DNA of 64,000 nt, from positions 3,040,001-3,104,000 of the forward strand of contig CBDHHL010000032.1 of assembly GCA_965263355.1 (NCBI GenBank). The letters are read 5' to 3'. This DNA is from Leptolyngbyaceae cyanobacterium. Lineage in GTDB: Bacteria; Cyanobacteriota; Cyanobacteriia; Phormidesmidales; Phormidesmidaceae. Positions 29,758 to 37,963 of the stretch are shown here, one piece after another. The notes under the pieces were generated by a model. It worked only from the letters and a program-made list of their open reading frames with translations, was not told the DNA's origin and searched no databases. Positions within the stretch are counted from its first letter, which is position 1. Each line of letters begins with the position of its first letter. The position numbers and the translations under genes are program-made.

Positions 29758-31248
29758 ATGGGCGACCCTGTTGATGTGTTCATTTCCTATTCCCGTAAGG
29801 ATGAGGAGCTGAAAGATGAGCTGTATGTGCATTTAGCGCCTTTGGAAGATCAGGGACAGATTAAACCCTGGCAGGATCGGGATCTTGAAGCTGGCTCAGA
29901 ATGGGAGCAGGAAATCAAAGCACAGCTGGAGGCAGCGGACATAATTCTGCTACTGATTACACCGAGGTTTCTGGCTTCTAAATATTGCTTTGATCAAGAA
30001 ATGAAACGGGCAATGGCTCGCCATGATGCTGGCACTGCTAGGGTGATTCCTGTCATTATGAAGCCCTCTTTGTGGGAGGGATCTGCCTTTAGCAAGTTGC
30101 AGGTATTGCCTAAGGATGGAAAACCCGTTACGACATGGAAGGATCAGGATGAAGCGCTACTGGATGTAGTGCGGGGTATTCAGAAGGTGATTGAAAGTCG
30201 TCAAAAACAGGATGGCTTTCAATCACCGCAGGCTACAGTAACTCAAGAGGATGCTCAGAAGCCTGTGACTGTTGCACCGACTGTATTTGCCCGACCTGTA
30301 GTCGAGAAGCCATCTGTTAAAGGCGATTTTATAGAGCATCTGAGCAATGGTGTTGAGCTGAAGATGGTCAAAATCCAGGCTGGGCAGTTTTGGATGGGTT
30401 CGCCTGACAGTGACTCACAGGGATATGGTGATGAACGTCCGCAGCATTTGGTTAATGTTTCTGAGTTTTGGTTAGGCAAGTATCCGGTTACCCAGGCTCA
30501 ATGGACTGAAGTAGCTGCATTACCAAAAGTGGACCGTGATTTAGATCCATTTCCATCGAAATTTAAAGGGACTACTTTACCGGTAGAGCAAGTCAGCTGG
30601 TGGGAAGCGGTGGAGTTTTGTCAACGGTTATCCCGAGCGGCAAGGTGTACTTATCGTTTACCCAGCGAGGCGGAGTGGGAATATGCCTGTCGGGCTGGGA
30701 CGGACACTCGATATTCTTTTGGAGACACGATTACTGGCGAACAAGTAAATTGTAACCACAGAAAAACTGTTGTTGTCAGTGAAGGGTTTATGGGATTAGG
30801 TCGAAAAGAAGAAACGAGAGGAACTTATAGAGCTAAGGCAACGGCTGTGGGTAGTTTTTCTGCTAATGTTTGGGGACTACACGATATGCACGGTAACGTG
30901 TGGGAGTGGTGTGCTGATCATTGGCATGAAAATTATGAAGGGGCTCCCACGGATGGTTCTCCATGGTTGTCTGATGATAAACAATCTCGTCGTATACTAC
31001 GCGGTGGCTCCTGGTACTTCAATCCGAGGTTTTGCCGCTCCGCCGTCCGCTACAACGAACAACATTACGCCCGGCAAGAGATTGCTCAGTTCGAATTTAT
31101 TACCTACCCGTCAAATCGGTTTTCGCGTAGTATGTTCTGCGCCCAGGATTCTTCAGTAGCCCTTTTCTCTTTTTGTTCTATTGCGCTTTTCAAAAGATGC
31201 TTTTCTCTCTTCTTTCTTCTTTGGCGCGAAGCGCCTCGTTTTTTTTGA
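29758..31248 (+). CDS. TIR domain + FGE-sulfatase (SUMF1/CLec-fold) protein, C-terminus frameshifted; probable DGR target
   Basis: TIR: VFISYSRKD...FLASKYCFDQEM. FGE: FWMGS, PVTQAQW, PVEQVSW, RLPSEAEWEYACRAG, GLHDMHGNVWEWC, LRGGSW. The terminal IGFRVVCSAPRILQ* lies in another frame (stop at 31159). Confidence 0.9.
   Translation: MGDPVDVFISYSRKDEELKDELYVHLAPLEDQGQIKPWQDRDLEAGSEWEQEIKAQLEAADIILLLITPRFLASKYCFDQEMKRAMARHDAGTARVIPVIMKPSLWEGSAFSKLQVLPKDGKPVTTWKDQDEALLDVVRGIQKVIESRQKQDGFQSPQATVTQEDAQKPVTVAPTVFARPVVEKPSVKGDFIEHLSNGVELKMVKIQAGQFWMGSPDSDSQGYGDERPQHLVNVSEFWLGKYPVTQAQWTEVAALPKVDRDLDPFPSKFKGTTLPVEQVSWWEAVEFCQRLSRAARCTYRLPSEAEWEYACRAGTDTRYSFGDTITGEQVNCNHRKTVVVSEGFMGLGRKEETRGTYRAKATAVGSFSANVWGLHDMHGNVWEWCADHWHENYEGAPTDGSPWLSDDKQSRRILRGGSWYFNPRFCRSAVRYNEQHYARQEIAQFEFITYPSNRFSRSMFCAQDSSVALFSFCSIALFKRCFSLFFLLWREAPRFF
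30997..31235 (+). other. Putative DGR variable region, IMH-like segment and downstream GAA-loop hairpin
   Basis: Shift to NNC/NNT codons after GGSW (TAC TTC AAT CCG AGG TTT TGC CGC TCC GCC GTC CGC TAC AAC), then GGTTTTCGCGTAGTATG, a pyrimidine tract, and GGCGC-GAA-GCGCC at 31223-31235. No template repeat or RT in the window. Confidence 0.65.
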
Positions 31249-31301
31249 CGATTTTTGGGGTGTCTTGATCCCGCAAGAGATTGCTCAGTTCGAATTTATT
31301 A
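31074..31301 (+). repeat. 29-nt exact direct repeat (31074-31102 and 31273-31301)
   Basis: gcaagagattgctcagttcgaatttatta occurs twice, 199 nt apart. Confidence 0.95.
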
Positions 31302-31999
31302 GCCCTGAGTAAAATGAACATCCTCGTAGGGGCACACCCTTGTGGTTGCCCTTCGACATCGTGCGCAGGTAACCGGAATTTCGAATGATTTGCCAAGATA
31401 GACGTCAGCAAACAGACTTCATCAACGGCCATTGACCAGCAAAAAACCTGATTAATGGCGATTGTTATCCCAGGGCAGGCACAAGACCTGCCCCTAAAGG
31501 ATGGTCCCTTTTTAACCAAATGAGCGAATTCTGCCAGGTCGGTCAGATTTTCTAGAAACTGATCAATATCTTGCTCTACAGAACGATTGGCTTGCAATGC
31601 TGTATCAATGTTCGGTTGTAGCTGACTTAACTCAATTTCAGTGCCATAGGCATGGCGAAACATATGTCGAAAACTTCTCAGTTTATTCAGCGCGTCAAAC
31701 GATGCTTCAGATAAGAAAGCGGGACGAATCCCTTCCACAGGTTGACTGAGCCGTAATAGCAAAACGCGATGCCATTCGCCACTGGTGCCGAGCCGGTTTT
31801 CAAAGGCATTGGCAATAAGTTTCAACAAATCTTCAATGGAGCAGTACAGATTATGAATCTGATAGGCCACACTATCCAACTGCCCCGGTGTATCCAGGCC
31901 TTCATCCACACGTGCCTGTAATCGAATGCTGACTCGTTCGATTAATCGCCACTGCCCTTTGATTTCTGCAGTGAGTCCGGCGAGTCGTTCACGCTCCAT
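31190..31999 (-). CDS. HEPN (HepT-like) ribonuclease toxin with C-terminal read-through extension
   Basis: HNLYCSIEDL, WHRVLL and the RX4HXY motif RHMFRHAY. The domain ends near aa 155 and the ORF continues through the REP doublet. Confidence 0.85.
   Translation of the reverse strand: MERERLAGLTAEIKGQWRLIERVSIRLQARVDEGLDTPGQLDSVAYQIHNLYCSIEDLLKLIANAFENRLGTSGEWHRVLLLRLSQPVEGIRPAFLSEASFDALNKLRSFRHMFRHAYGTEIELSQLQPNIDTALQANRSVEQDIDQFLENLTDLAEFAHLVKKGPSFRGRSCACPGITIAINQVFCWSMAVDEVCLLTSILANHSKFRLPAHDVEGQPQGCAPTRMFILLRANKFELSNLLRDQDTPKIVKKNEALRAKEERREKSIF
31326..31496. mobile_element. REP doublet (REPIN-like)
   Basis: GTAGGGGCACACCCTTGTGGTTGCCCT and an inverted AGGGCAGGCACAAGACCTGCCCCTA, about 120 nt apart. 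Confidence 0.65.
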
Positions 32000-32331
32000 G
32001 GCATTCCCTGGCGACGAATTTTATCAGCAAAATGACATTGGTCTAAGGGGACTATATCTACATCACGATTCAGATGCAACGATAGATCGCCCATCAAACC
32101 ACAGATATTGCCTGTGTTCCAGGTGTCTACTGCCATATCAATGTCTGATCTGCGAGTAAAGCGTCCTGGTTCAGTTACTGAGCCGAATACATATCCACGG
32201 GTAATGCCATAGGTCGCACTATGGGCACACAACCACTCCATCGCTGATTTTAGCAATTGCAAACGATCAGCTTCATTTTGTTTTTTCTCTCTTGCTAATC
32301 GCGCATCTAAGAGCGGCGTTGGAAATGCCAT
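31942..32331 (-). CDS. Minimal nucleotidyltransferase (MntA-like antitoxin)
   Basis: YVFGSV..PGRF...SDIDMAV and RDVDIV motifs; immediately upstream of and overlapping the HEPN gene. Confidence 0.88.
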   Translation of the reverse strand: MAFPTPLLDARLAREKKQNEADRLQLLKSAMEWLCAHSATYGITRGYVFGSVTEPGRFTRRSDIDMAVDTWNTGNICGLMGDLSLHLNRDVDIVPLDQCHFADKIRRQGMPWSVNDSPDSLQKSKGSGD

Positions 32332-32388
32332 AAGGCTAGTTTAGAGACAAGTGTCTTACTGCGTATCTTAGATCAAGTGCTAATGGAA

Positions 32389-34944
32389 CTAAACAATTAG
32401 GTAATATAACAAAGCTGTCATACCTAATGTGATGCCGTGTAGGGGGGCTAGTTTTAACCAGGGCTGGCGGGCAATGCGCTGGATTAAGAGGATGCTAAGC
32501 AAAGCTCCAAAAATTAGGCTCACCCCTTGTAAAAATGCAATCACTGCTGGATGGGCCACTATAACGGGGCCAGTGCTGGCTAAGCCAAAACTGGCGAGGG
32601 TGACTGGAATAATGCGGCCTGCTTCGGTCAGACCAAGGGATAAGTAATGGGCCAGGTTGCTAAAGAGCACGATGGGTAGCCAGCCATAGGCTACCTGGAT
32701 GAAGGGACGGGCTTTGAGTCGGGGCTGGATGAGTTGGGTCAGTGTGTAGGCAGTCCAAGCCAGGGACAGTGGGGCAAATAGGAGGAGAAATGTAGCGATC
32801 GCATGCCCCCCAAACCCCTCCACCATATCCGCAATCCCTAACCATGAAGCGACTTCCGGTAACCGATGCACCAACACCGCTCCCCACAGCAATAACAACA
32901 GCGCTACTTCATGATTCACTGGTTTATGCGTAGTCCATAGCTCAATCCCCGGTGGACGCAAATTAAACTCCACCGACCGATGGGGACAGGCCTTTAAACA
33001 GGTCATACACAGTACACAGTTGCGATTGTCCACCAGCTGCGCCGGATGGGAATACACCGGACAACCCCCAGTTTCCTGGCCTTCTCCTTTTTCAGGACCG
33101 CCCTTATAACATTGATAGGTACTGCAACTGGCCGAACAAATACCCCGTTGCCCTCGCAGTTCTGTCATAGACAGTTTGGCAAATAACCCATTCATGCCAC
33201 CGATGGGGCATAGATAACGACACCAAAATCGACGTTCAAATAGAGCAGAACAAATCATGGCTCCAGCGGTGATAATCAGCAACAGCCAGGCTGATAGATA
33301 GGCAGTATTTTCCAAATTCCATAGCTCTTCCCAGATCAAAATTGCTGCAAAACCGGCATATAAGATCCAACCGCCCCAGCGTTCTGCCCACTGCCTGGGC
33401 CATTCACCCAGCTGCCGATGAGGCCATAGCCACAGAGACAACTTCTGGGTAATCTCGCCATAGATCATAAACGGGCAAACGGCACACCACAGCCGACCCA
33501 CAAAGGGAAATAACAACAAGATTAAGGGCCACCACCAGGCCCAAAAGAAATTTAGGGCAATATTACTGTCTCGGGTCTGGGGACCCAAAAATAACAGAGC
33601 AACCACGAGTATATAAAACCAGCTGGTAAAACCAAAATTGATCCGATCGGGCCACCAGGGGCTGCGCAAAAATTGACGTAGTTCAGGATAGGTATTCAGC
33701 AGGTTCCAACGTAATTGATCGTCTTTTTCACCGGCAGGCCAGAAGACTTCTTCATTTAAGCGAGACTTACAGTCTGATTGTTCAATTGCCCGCTGGACAA
33801 GACCGTCGAGTTCACGTAAATTACCTGGAAAATCATAGCTTTGGAGACGGCGTAAGGCTTCAGGGGTGAGGGTTGGTTTTTTGAGACCCCGTTTCCTGCA
33901 GTAGAGCTGGATATAGTAATTCACCTGGGATTCTATATCGGCTTTGCGGACCCGTAGTGGAGGGACTTTTATCCTTTGTGGAGCAAGGCTAGCAAAGGGT
34001 TTCAGACTCTTTTCTGAAATCATCATGATCCAGGCCAAGCTGGTTTTTATGGCTGGAGGAGCATGACCCGGTTGGGGGCTAGGTTGGTACTGTCCGGTTT
34101 TAATCAGTCTGAGAATTTCAGGACGTAGGGCTGGGTCCAAATCTTGAATATTGTTGAGCAAAAGGGTGCCTTTCCCGAGCCAGTCGAGCAACCCTGGACG
34201 ACTTTCGCCTCGACCAAATAGTTCAATAGCACGCAGGGTTTTGCAGTTCACTTTGATCATGGGTTCTTTTTTGTAGGCCGAACCAAAATGAATTAAGGCA
34301 GCGAGATTATCTTTTTCGAGACCGGGTTCACCAAAGATTAAAACTGGATCACGATGGTCATTGGCGCTCACCCTGGCGGCGTCACGGACGTCCTGACGTA
34401 AGCGTTGGGCATAGCGACTGGCCCCAACGACACCGCGACTGACTTTGGGTACTAGATAGGGGCGTAGCTCTTGTTGTCGTTCTTGCTCGTACAACAGCTG
34501 GGCAGATAGCTGTTCAACTTCTTCGGCAAGGATTTCAGAGAGTTCCTGGTTGAGGCTGGGGTATTCATAGGCAATTTGTTTGAGGCGGTCTGCCGATAGT
34601 TGCCATAGTTCGCAATCTTCAAGGGTGATGACAGTGTAGTCAGTGGTCTGGTCTAGCAGAATTTCCTGTAAATGCAAAATGACACCGGGCAGCAGGTCCA
34701 CGGTTTGGGCTGTGGAGGCGCGTTGGGTGCGGTAGCGTTCTAGATGGCCGCTTTTCAGAATGTATAGGGAATCTGGGTGGGTGTCTTCTAAAATCAAACG
34801 GCGATTGGCTTGGAGGAGGCGTGGTGTGAGGTGGGATGCGATCGCAACCAATACCTCCCCCGGTAAAACCTTTAGGCATGTCGCTTGACGCAGCCAATCG
34901 ACCCGTGCTGCGACTTCAGCCATTTCAGTCGAATACTCCACCAT
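32389..34944 (-). CDS. cNMP-binding + sigma54-activator-like AAA + membrane 4Fe-4S (NapH-like) protein
   Basis: N-terminal CNB-like domain; GEPGLEKD, ELFG, IKVPPLRVRKAD, YDFPGNLREL; then TM helices with GRLWCAVCP, FWCRYLCP and CVLCMTCLKACP. Confidence 0.85.
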   Translation of the reverse strand: MVEYSTEMAEVAARVDWLRQATCLKVLPGEVLVAIASHLTPRLLQANRRLILEDTHPDSLYILKSGHLERYRTQRASTAQTVDLLPGVILHLQEILLDQTTDYTVITLEDCELWQLSADRLKQIAYEYPSLNQELSEILAEEVEQLSAQLLYEQERQQELRPYLVPKVSRGVVGASRYAQRLRQDVRDAARVSANDHRDPVLIFGEPGLEKDNLAALIHFGSAYKKEPMIKVNCKTLRAIELFGRGESRPGLLDWLGKGTLLLNNIQDLDPALRPEILRLIKTGQYQPSPQPGHAPPAIKTSLAWIMMISEKSLKPFASLAPQRIKVPPLRVRKADIESQVNYYIQLYCRKRGLKKPTLTPEALRRLQSYDFPGNLRELDGLVQRAIEQSDCKSRLNEEVFWPAGEKDDQLRWNLLNTYPELRQFLRSPWWPDRINFGFTSWFYILVVALLFLGPQTRDSNIALNFFWAWWWPLILLLFPFVGRLWCAVCPFMIYGEITQKLSLWLWPHRQLGEWPRQWAERWGGWILYAGFAAILIWEELWNLENTAYLSAWLLLIITAGAMICSALFERRFWCRYLCPIGGMNGLFAKLSMTELRGQRGICSASCSTYQCYKGGPEKGEGQETGGCPVYSHPAQLVDNRNCVLCMTCLKACPHRSVEFNLRPPGIELWTTHKPVNHEVALLLLLWGAVLVHRLPEVASWLGIADMVEGFGGHAIATFLLLFAPLSLAWTAYTLTQLIQPRLKARPFIQVAYGWLPIVLFSNLAHYLSLGLTEAGRIIPVTLASFGLASTGPVIVAHPAVIAFLQGVSLIFGALLSILLIQRIARQPWLKLAPLHGITLGMTALLYYLIV

Positions 34945-35515
34945 GGTTGATCACCCTGACTATTCGGATGGTTTGGATGATGACATAATCACCCGCCACA
35001 CTACAAATAGTAAAAAAACGAGGTAAGTGATAGTAAACAGCCAGTTTTGCCAGCTGTCGCCTGCCTGAATAAAGTCTATATCCATCATATTTGTTTATGT
35101 ATCATTCAAGGGTTGAAGCCGGGATTATCATATATGACCTTTGGGGTTAGACCGAGCTGCAACAAAATGTAGATACGATTTGTTGGTTAACTAAGTTGCT
35201 ATAGGTAAACGAGCTTTTAGCACAGCAGGATGCCCATTGATCAAACTGTTAAATCATAGGGTGCTTTCTTTTGAATTTGAAGCTTGGCACTTGTAGATAA
35301 CAGTTACCTTACACAAGAAATTTGGGCGTTCTACCAGCTCAAGATACGTTCAGCATTAGCAATACTACAAATCTGCAACAGTTTTCAGGAGCGTCTGTCA
35401 AAGATATGTGAGCATGTACTTACAAAGTTTCGGTAAACCGTACGGTAACTCACTAACGGCGCTTGAAGTAATCGCTAGGATTAAGTTACCCGGCCCCGTT
35501 GATAGGCTGTTCATT

Positions 35516-35707
35516 ATGCTAAGTAAACCCCTGAAAACTTCTAATACTCAAGATGCTTGGCTCCAAAAGCCACTTAAAAAACTGAGCCGCCATACGTTGC
35601 AAACCTCCCATCCTCATTGGAGTGAAAGCGAGCTAAATCAAGCGATTTTGATGTTGGATCTTAAGCAAGACAATCCTTGTGGTGATTTGGGTTTGATTTT
35701 GACATAA
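35516..35707 (+). CDS. Possible small hypothetical protein
   Basis: 63-aa ORF from ATG 35516 in a 1-kb intergenic gap; no recognised motif. Confidence 0.35.
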   Translation: MLSKPLKTSNTQDAWLQKPLKKLSRHTLQTSHPHWSESELNQAILMLDLKQDNPCGDLGLILT

Positions 35708-35951
35708 AATCATCGATCAGGCTCAAAATCACGCTTATGGGAACCTTTAGGCTCGGATTCGTTCTGGATAGAGACGTTTTATATCAAGCCTTCCTCACAA
35801 GTCGTCCAGACAACGATTCTGGCCTGAATTTCTGTGTTAAGGTGGCCCTGGATGAGCGTCAATTTCTGCTAGCCAGTTCGTCTAAACCTTTCTGGGTGTC
35901 AGCTGCCTAAGCGTTACTCTCGTCAGAATTTCAATTGTTTGGAGAAGGTCC

Positions 35952-36212
35952 ATGTCCATTTATGTAGGGAATATCGCCTACAGCGTTTCGCAGGAAGATA
36001 TTCAAGAGGTATTCGCAGATTACGGTACCGTTAAGCGAGTAACTGTTCCTATGGATCGCGAAACTAATCGTCCTCGCGGATTTGCGTTTGTCGAAATGTC
36101 TTCAGAGTCTGAAGAAGATGCGGCTATTGACGCCCTAGATGGGGCCGAGTGGCTCGGTCGCGAAATTCGTGTAAACAAAGCTCGTCCTCGGGAGGAAAGA
36201 CCGAAGCGTTAG
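35952..36212 (+). CDS. rbp: RRM RNA-binding protein (cyanobacterial Rbp, no Gly-rich tail)
   Basis: MSIYVGNI (RNP2), RGFAFVEM (RNP1), LDGAEWLGR..RVNKARPRE; GGAG RBS upstream. Confidence 0.95.
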   Translation: MSIYVGNIAYSVSQEDIQEVFADYGTVKRVTVPMDRETNRPRGFAFVEMSSESEEDAAIDALDGAEWLGREIRVNKARPREERPKR

Positions 36213-36244
36213 ATAGTAATTATCCTAGCTAATTTTACTGATGG

Positions 36245-36279
36245 GAAGTGCCACATCTCTGTTGTGAATGTGGCACTTC
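36245..36279. terminator. Hairpin between convergent genes
   Basis: gaagtgccacat...atgtggcacttc, a perfect 12-bp stem. Confidence 0.7.
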
Positions 36280-36290
36280 TTGGTGTCAAG

Positions 36291-36473
36291 CTACTGCCAA
36301 AAGTACGTCCCCAAGAATACCGCTGCTGTGCTGCCGAACAGGACTGCCCAAATTACCCACTCTAGTGGTGTAATGCTTTTGGGATCAAATTTGAATCGGC
36401 TGGGCTTAGGACGCTTTTGAGGTACTTTGCCATAGTTGGGATCTTGTTCTTTTCTCCGTTTAGCTTCTCCCAT
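36291..36473 (-). CDS. DUF2839-like small membrane protein
   Basis: MGEAKRRK N-terminus and a C-terminal TM helix. Confidence 0.75.
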   Translation of the reverse strand: MGEAKRRKEQDPNYGKVPQKRPKPSRFKFDPKSITPLEWVIWAVLFGSTAAVFLGTYFWQ

Positions 36474-36488
36474 GGGATGCTCCGTTAG

Positions 36489-36842
36489 TTAAGCTAGTTT
36501 TTCTTGTAATTCGGTTTCTTTGGCGCGAAAGCCGACTAGAACGGCCTGGTTGTCTTTGACAAATAGAGGGCGTTTTATGAGCATAGCGTCTGCGGCAAAT
36601 GCATCAATCCATTGATCGTCATTCCAGGTTTTCTTTTCTTCTCCTAATGCTCGATAAGACATGCCGGATGTGTTACGCATGGGTCTGGCGGTTAGAGAGT
36701 TGACCCAGGCTGTAATCTGTTCACGACTAGGGGGATGATCTTTAGTGTTGATAAATTCATAGTCAATGCTATTGTCATCTAGCCATTTGAAAGCTTTTTT
36801 GCAGGTGCCGCAGTTAGGAATGCCGTAAACCTGGAGCGCCAT
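36489..36842 (-). CDS. ArsC/Spx/MgsR family protein
   Basis: YGIPNCGTCKKA, NTSGMSYR, MLIKRP, VGF. Confidence 0.9.
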   Translation of the reverse strand: MALQVYGIPNCGTCKKAFKWLDDNSIDYEFINTKDHPPSREQITAWVNSLTARPMRNTSGMSYRALGEEKKTWNDDQWIDAFAADAMLIKRPLFVKDNQAVLVGFRAKETELQEKLA

Positions 36843-36884
36843 AGTTAATTTGGTTATGTAATTTGCTTACGGATGGTAGCACCT

Positions 36885-36942
36885 GTAGGGTGGGCATTGA
36901 CTGCCAAGCCGTAGCCAGTAGCCATAGTGAGCAATTCCCACC
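36885..36942 (+). repeat. GTAG-type REP with long loop
   Basis: GTAGGGTGGGCATTG ... CAATTCCCACC. Confidence 0.55.
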
Positions 36943-37029
36943 AGCGAAAGTTTACGTAATCAGTGTTATCACATTGGAGCTTCTGAGGTTAAATAGCCTA
37001 TAAAATCTTAGGTTGCGGGAGATGGCATC

Positions 37030-37695
37030 GTGTATAAGCTAATTATTGGTAACAAAAATTACTCGTCGTGGTCTTTGCGGGCCTGGCTATTTTTAACGGA
37101 AAGCGGGCTATCGTTTGAGGAAATTCGGTTGCCGCTGTTTACGGAGGCGTGGCAGCAGATTGGTCAGTATAGCCCAGCGAATCGGGTGCCAGTGCTGATG
37201 GATGGGGATATTGCGGTTTGGGATACTAGTGCTATCTATGGTTATGTGCGATCGCAGCATCCAAACGCCATTGGTTGGCCCACAGATTTACAGGCTCAAG
37301 CCACGGCTCGCTCCACCGCTGCTGAAATGCATAGTGGTTTTCTGGGTATTCGAGAGCAATTACCCCAAAACATTCGAGCCCGGGTTCCAGTGGCACGAAC
37401 TACCCTAGAACCATCTACTCAGCAGGAAATTAGCCGAGTGGAGCAAATGTGGTCCGAGGCGTATCAAACCTATGGTGGTCCTTGGCTGTTTGGTGATTTT
37501 TCCATCGCCGATGTCGTTTATGCACCTGTGGCGCTCAGATTCGTTACCTATCAAATTCAGTTAATGTCTGGGGCTCAGCCATTTGTAACAGCAGTGCAAG
37601 CCCTGCCCTCTATACAGTCCTGGTCAGAGGCTGCCGCTGCAGAAGTAGAAGCAATAAGCTTTATTGATCAACTACACATCACTGGAAATCAATAA
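37030..37695 (+). CDS. Glutathione S-transferase family protein
   Basis: IGNKNYSSWSLRAW, SPANRVPVL, AEMHSGF, GPWLFGDFSIAD. Confidence 0.92.
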   Translation: MYKLIIGNKNYSSWSLRAWLFLTESGLSFEEIRLPLFTEAWQQIGQYSPANRVPVLMDGDIAVWDTSAIYGYVRSQHPNAIGWPTDLQAQATARSTAAEMHSGFLGIREQLPQNIRARVPVARTTLEPSTQQEISRVEQMWSEAYQTYGGPWLFGDFSIADVVYAPVALRFVTYQIQLMSGAQPFVTAVQALPSIQSWSEAAAAEVEAISFIDQLHITGNQ

Positions 37696-37829
37696 ATAAA
37701 CTTGGAGATATGCCTACCTGTAGGAGACAACTATTCTATCTATATAAGGGAGATTGATAATTCTTTACAGAATCACAATCATTGCTGTATATCCGTTGCA
37801 TTATTAAAGCGGTAAGCTACGATTAGGAA

Positions 37830-37897
37830 ATTAATTCGTTCACTTGTAGAAACATAAACAGACTATGGCAGCTTTTAGTGAGGCTGTCATAGTTTTC
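37830..37897 (+). ncRNA. Candidate small RNA or terminated leader upstream of infC
   Basis: -10-like TACGAT at 37818-37823, a short A-rich single-stranded part, then actatggcagc/gctgtcatagt hairpin plus T run. Ends are approximate. Confidence 0.35.
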
Positions 37898-37963
37898 GTT
37901 AGTGTTTCAATTTAACATTGTCCATTTAGTCCTGTCGCGTTCTAGATAAAGAGGGAAAGACTT

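Noticed and set aside
30866..31159. 97-aa ORF as an independent gene
   Set aside because: Only its last residues (IGFRVVCSAPRILQ) are meaningful; they are the displaced C-terminus of the TIR-FGE gene.
14535..31248. Functional link between the sulfatase-like gene and the FGE-sulfatase domain protein
   Set aside because: The sulfatase-like protein lacks the Cys/Ser target motif, and the FGE domain is the TIR-fused CLec type; the shared name is coincidental.
31074..31301. The 29-nt repeat as a DGR TR/VR pair
   Set aside because: The copies are identical, short and lack AAC codons; the downstream copy does not resemble the GGSW...GFR region.
24572..32790. HIP1-poor stretch as proof of horizontal transfer
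   Set aside because: A similarly long gap covers the core gltB region, so absence of HIP1 alone is not diagnostic here.
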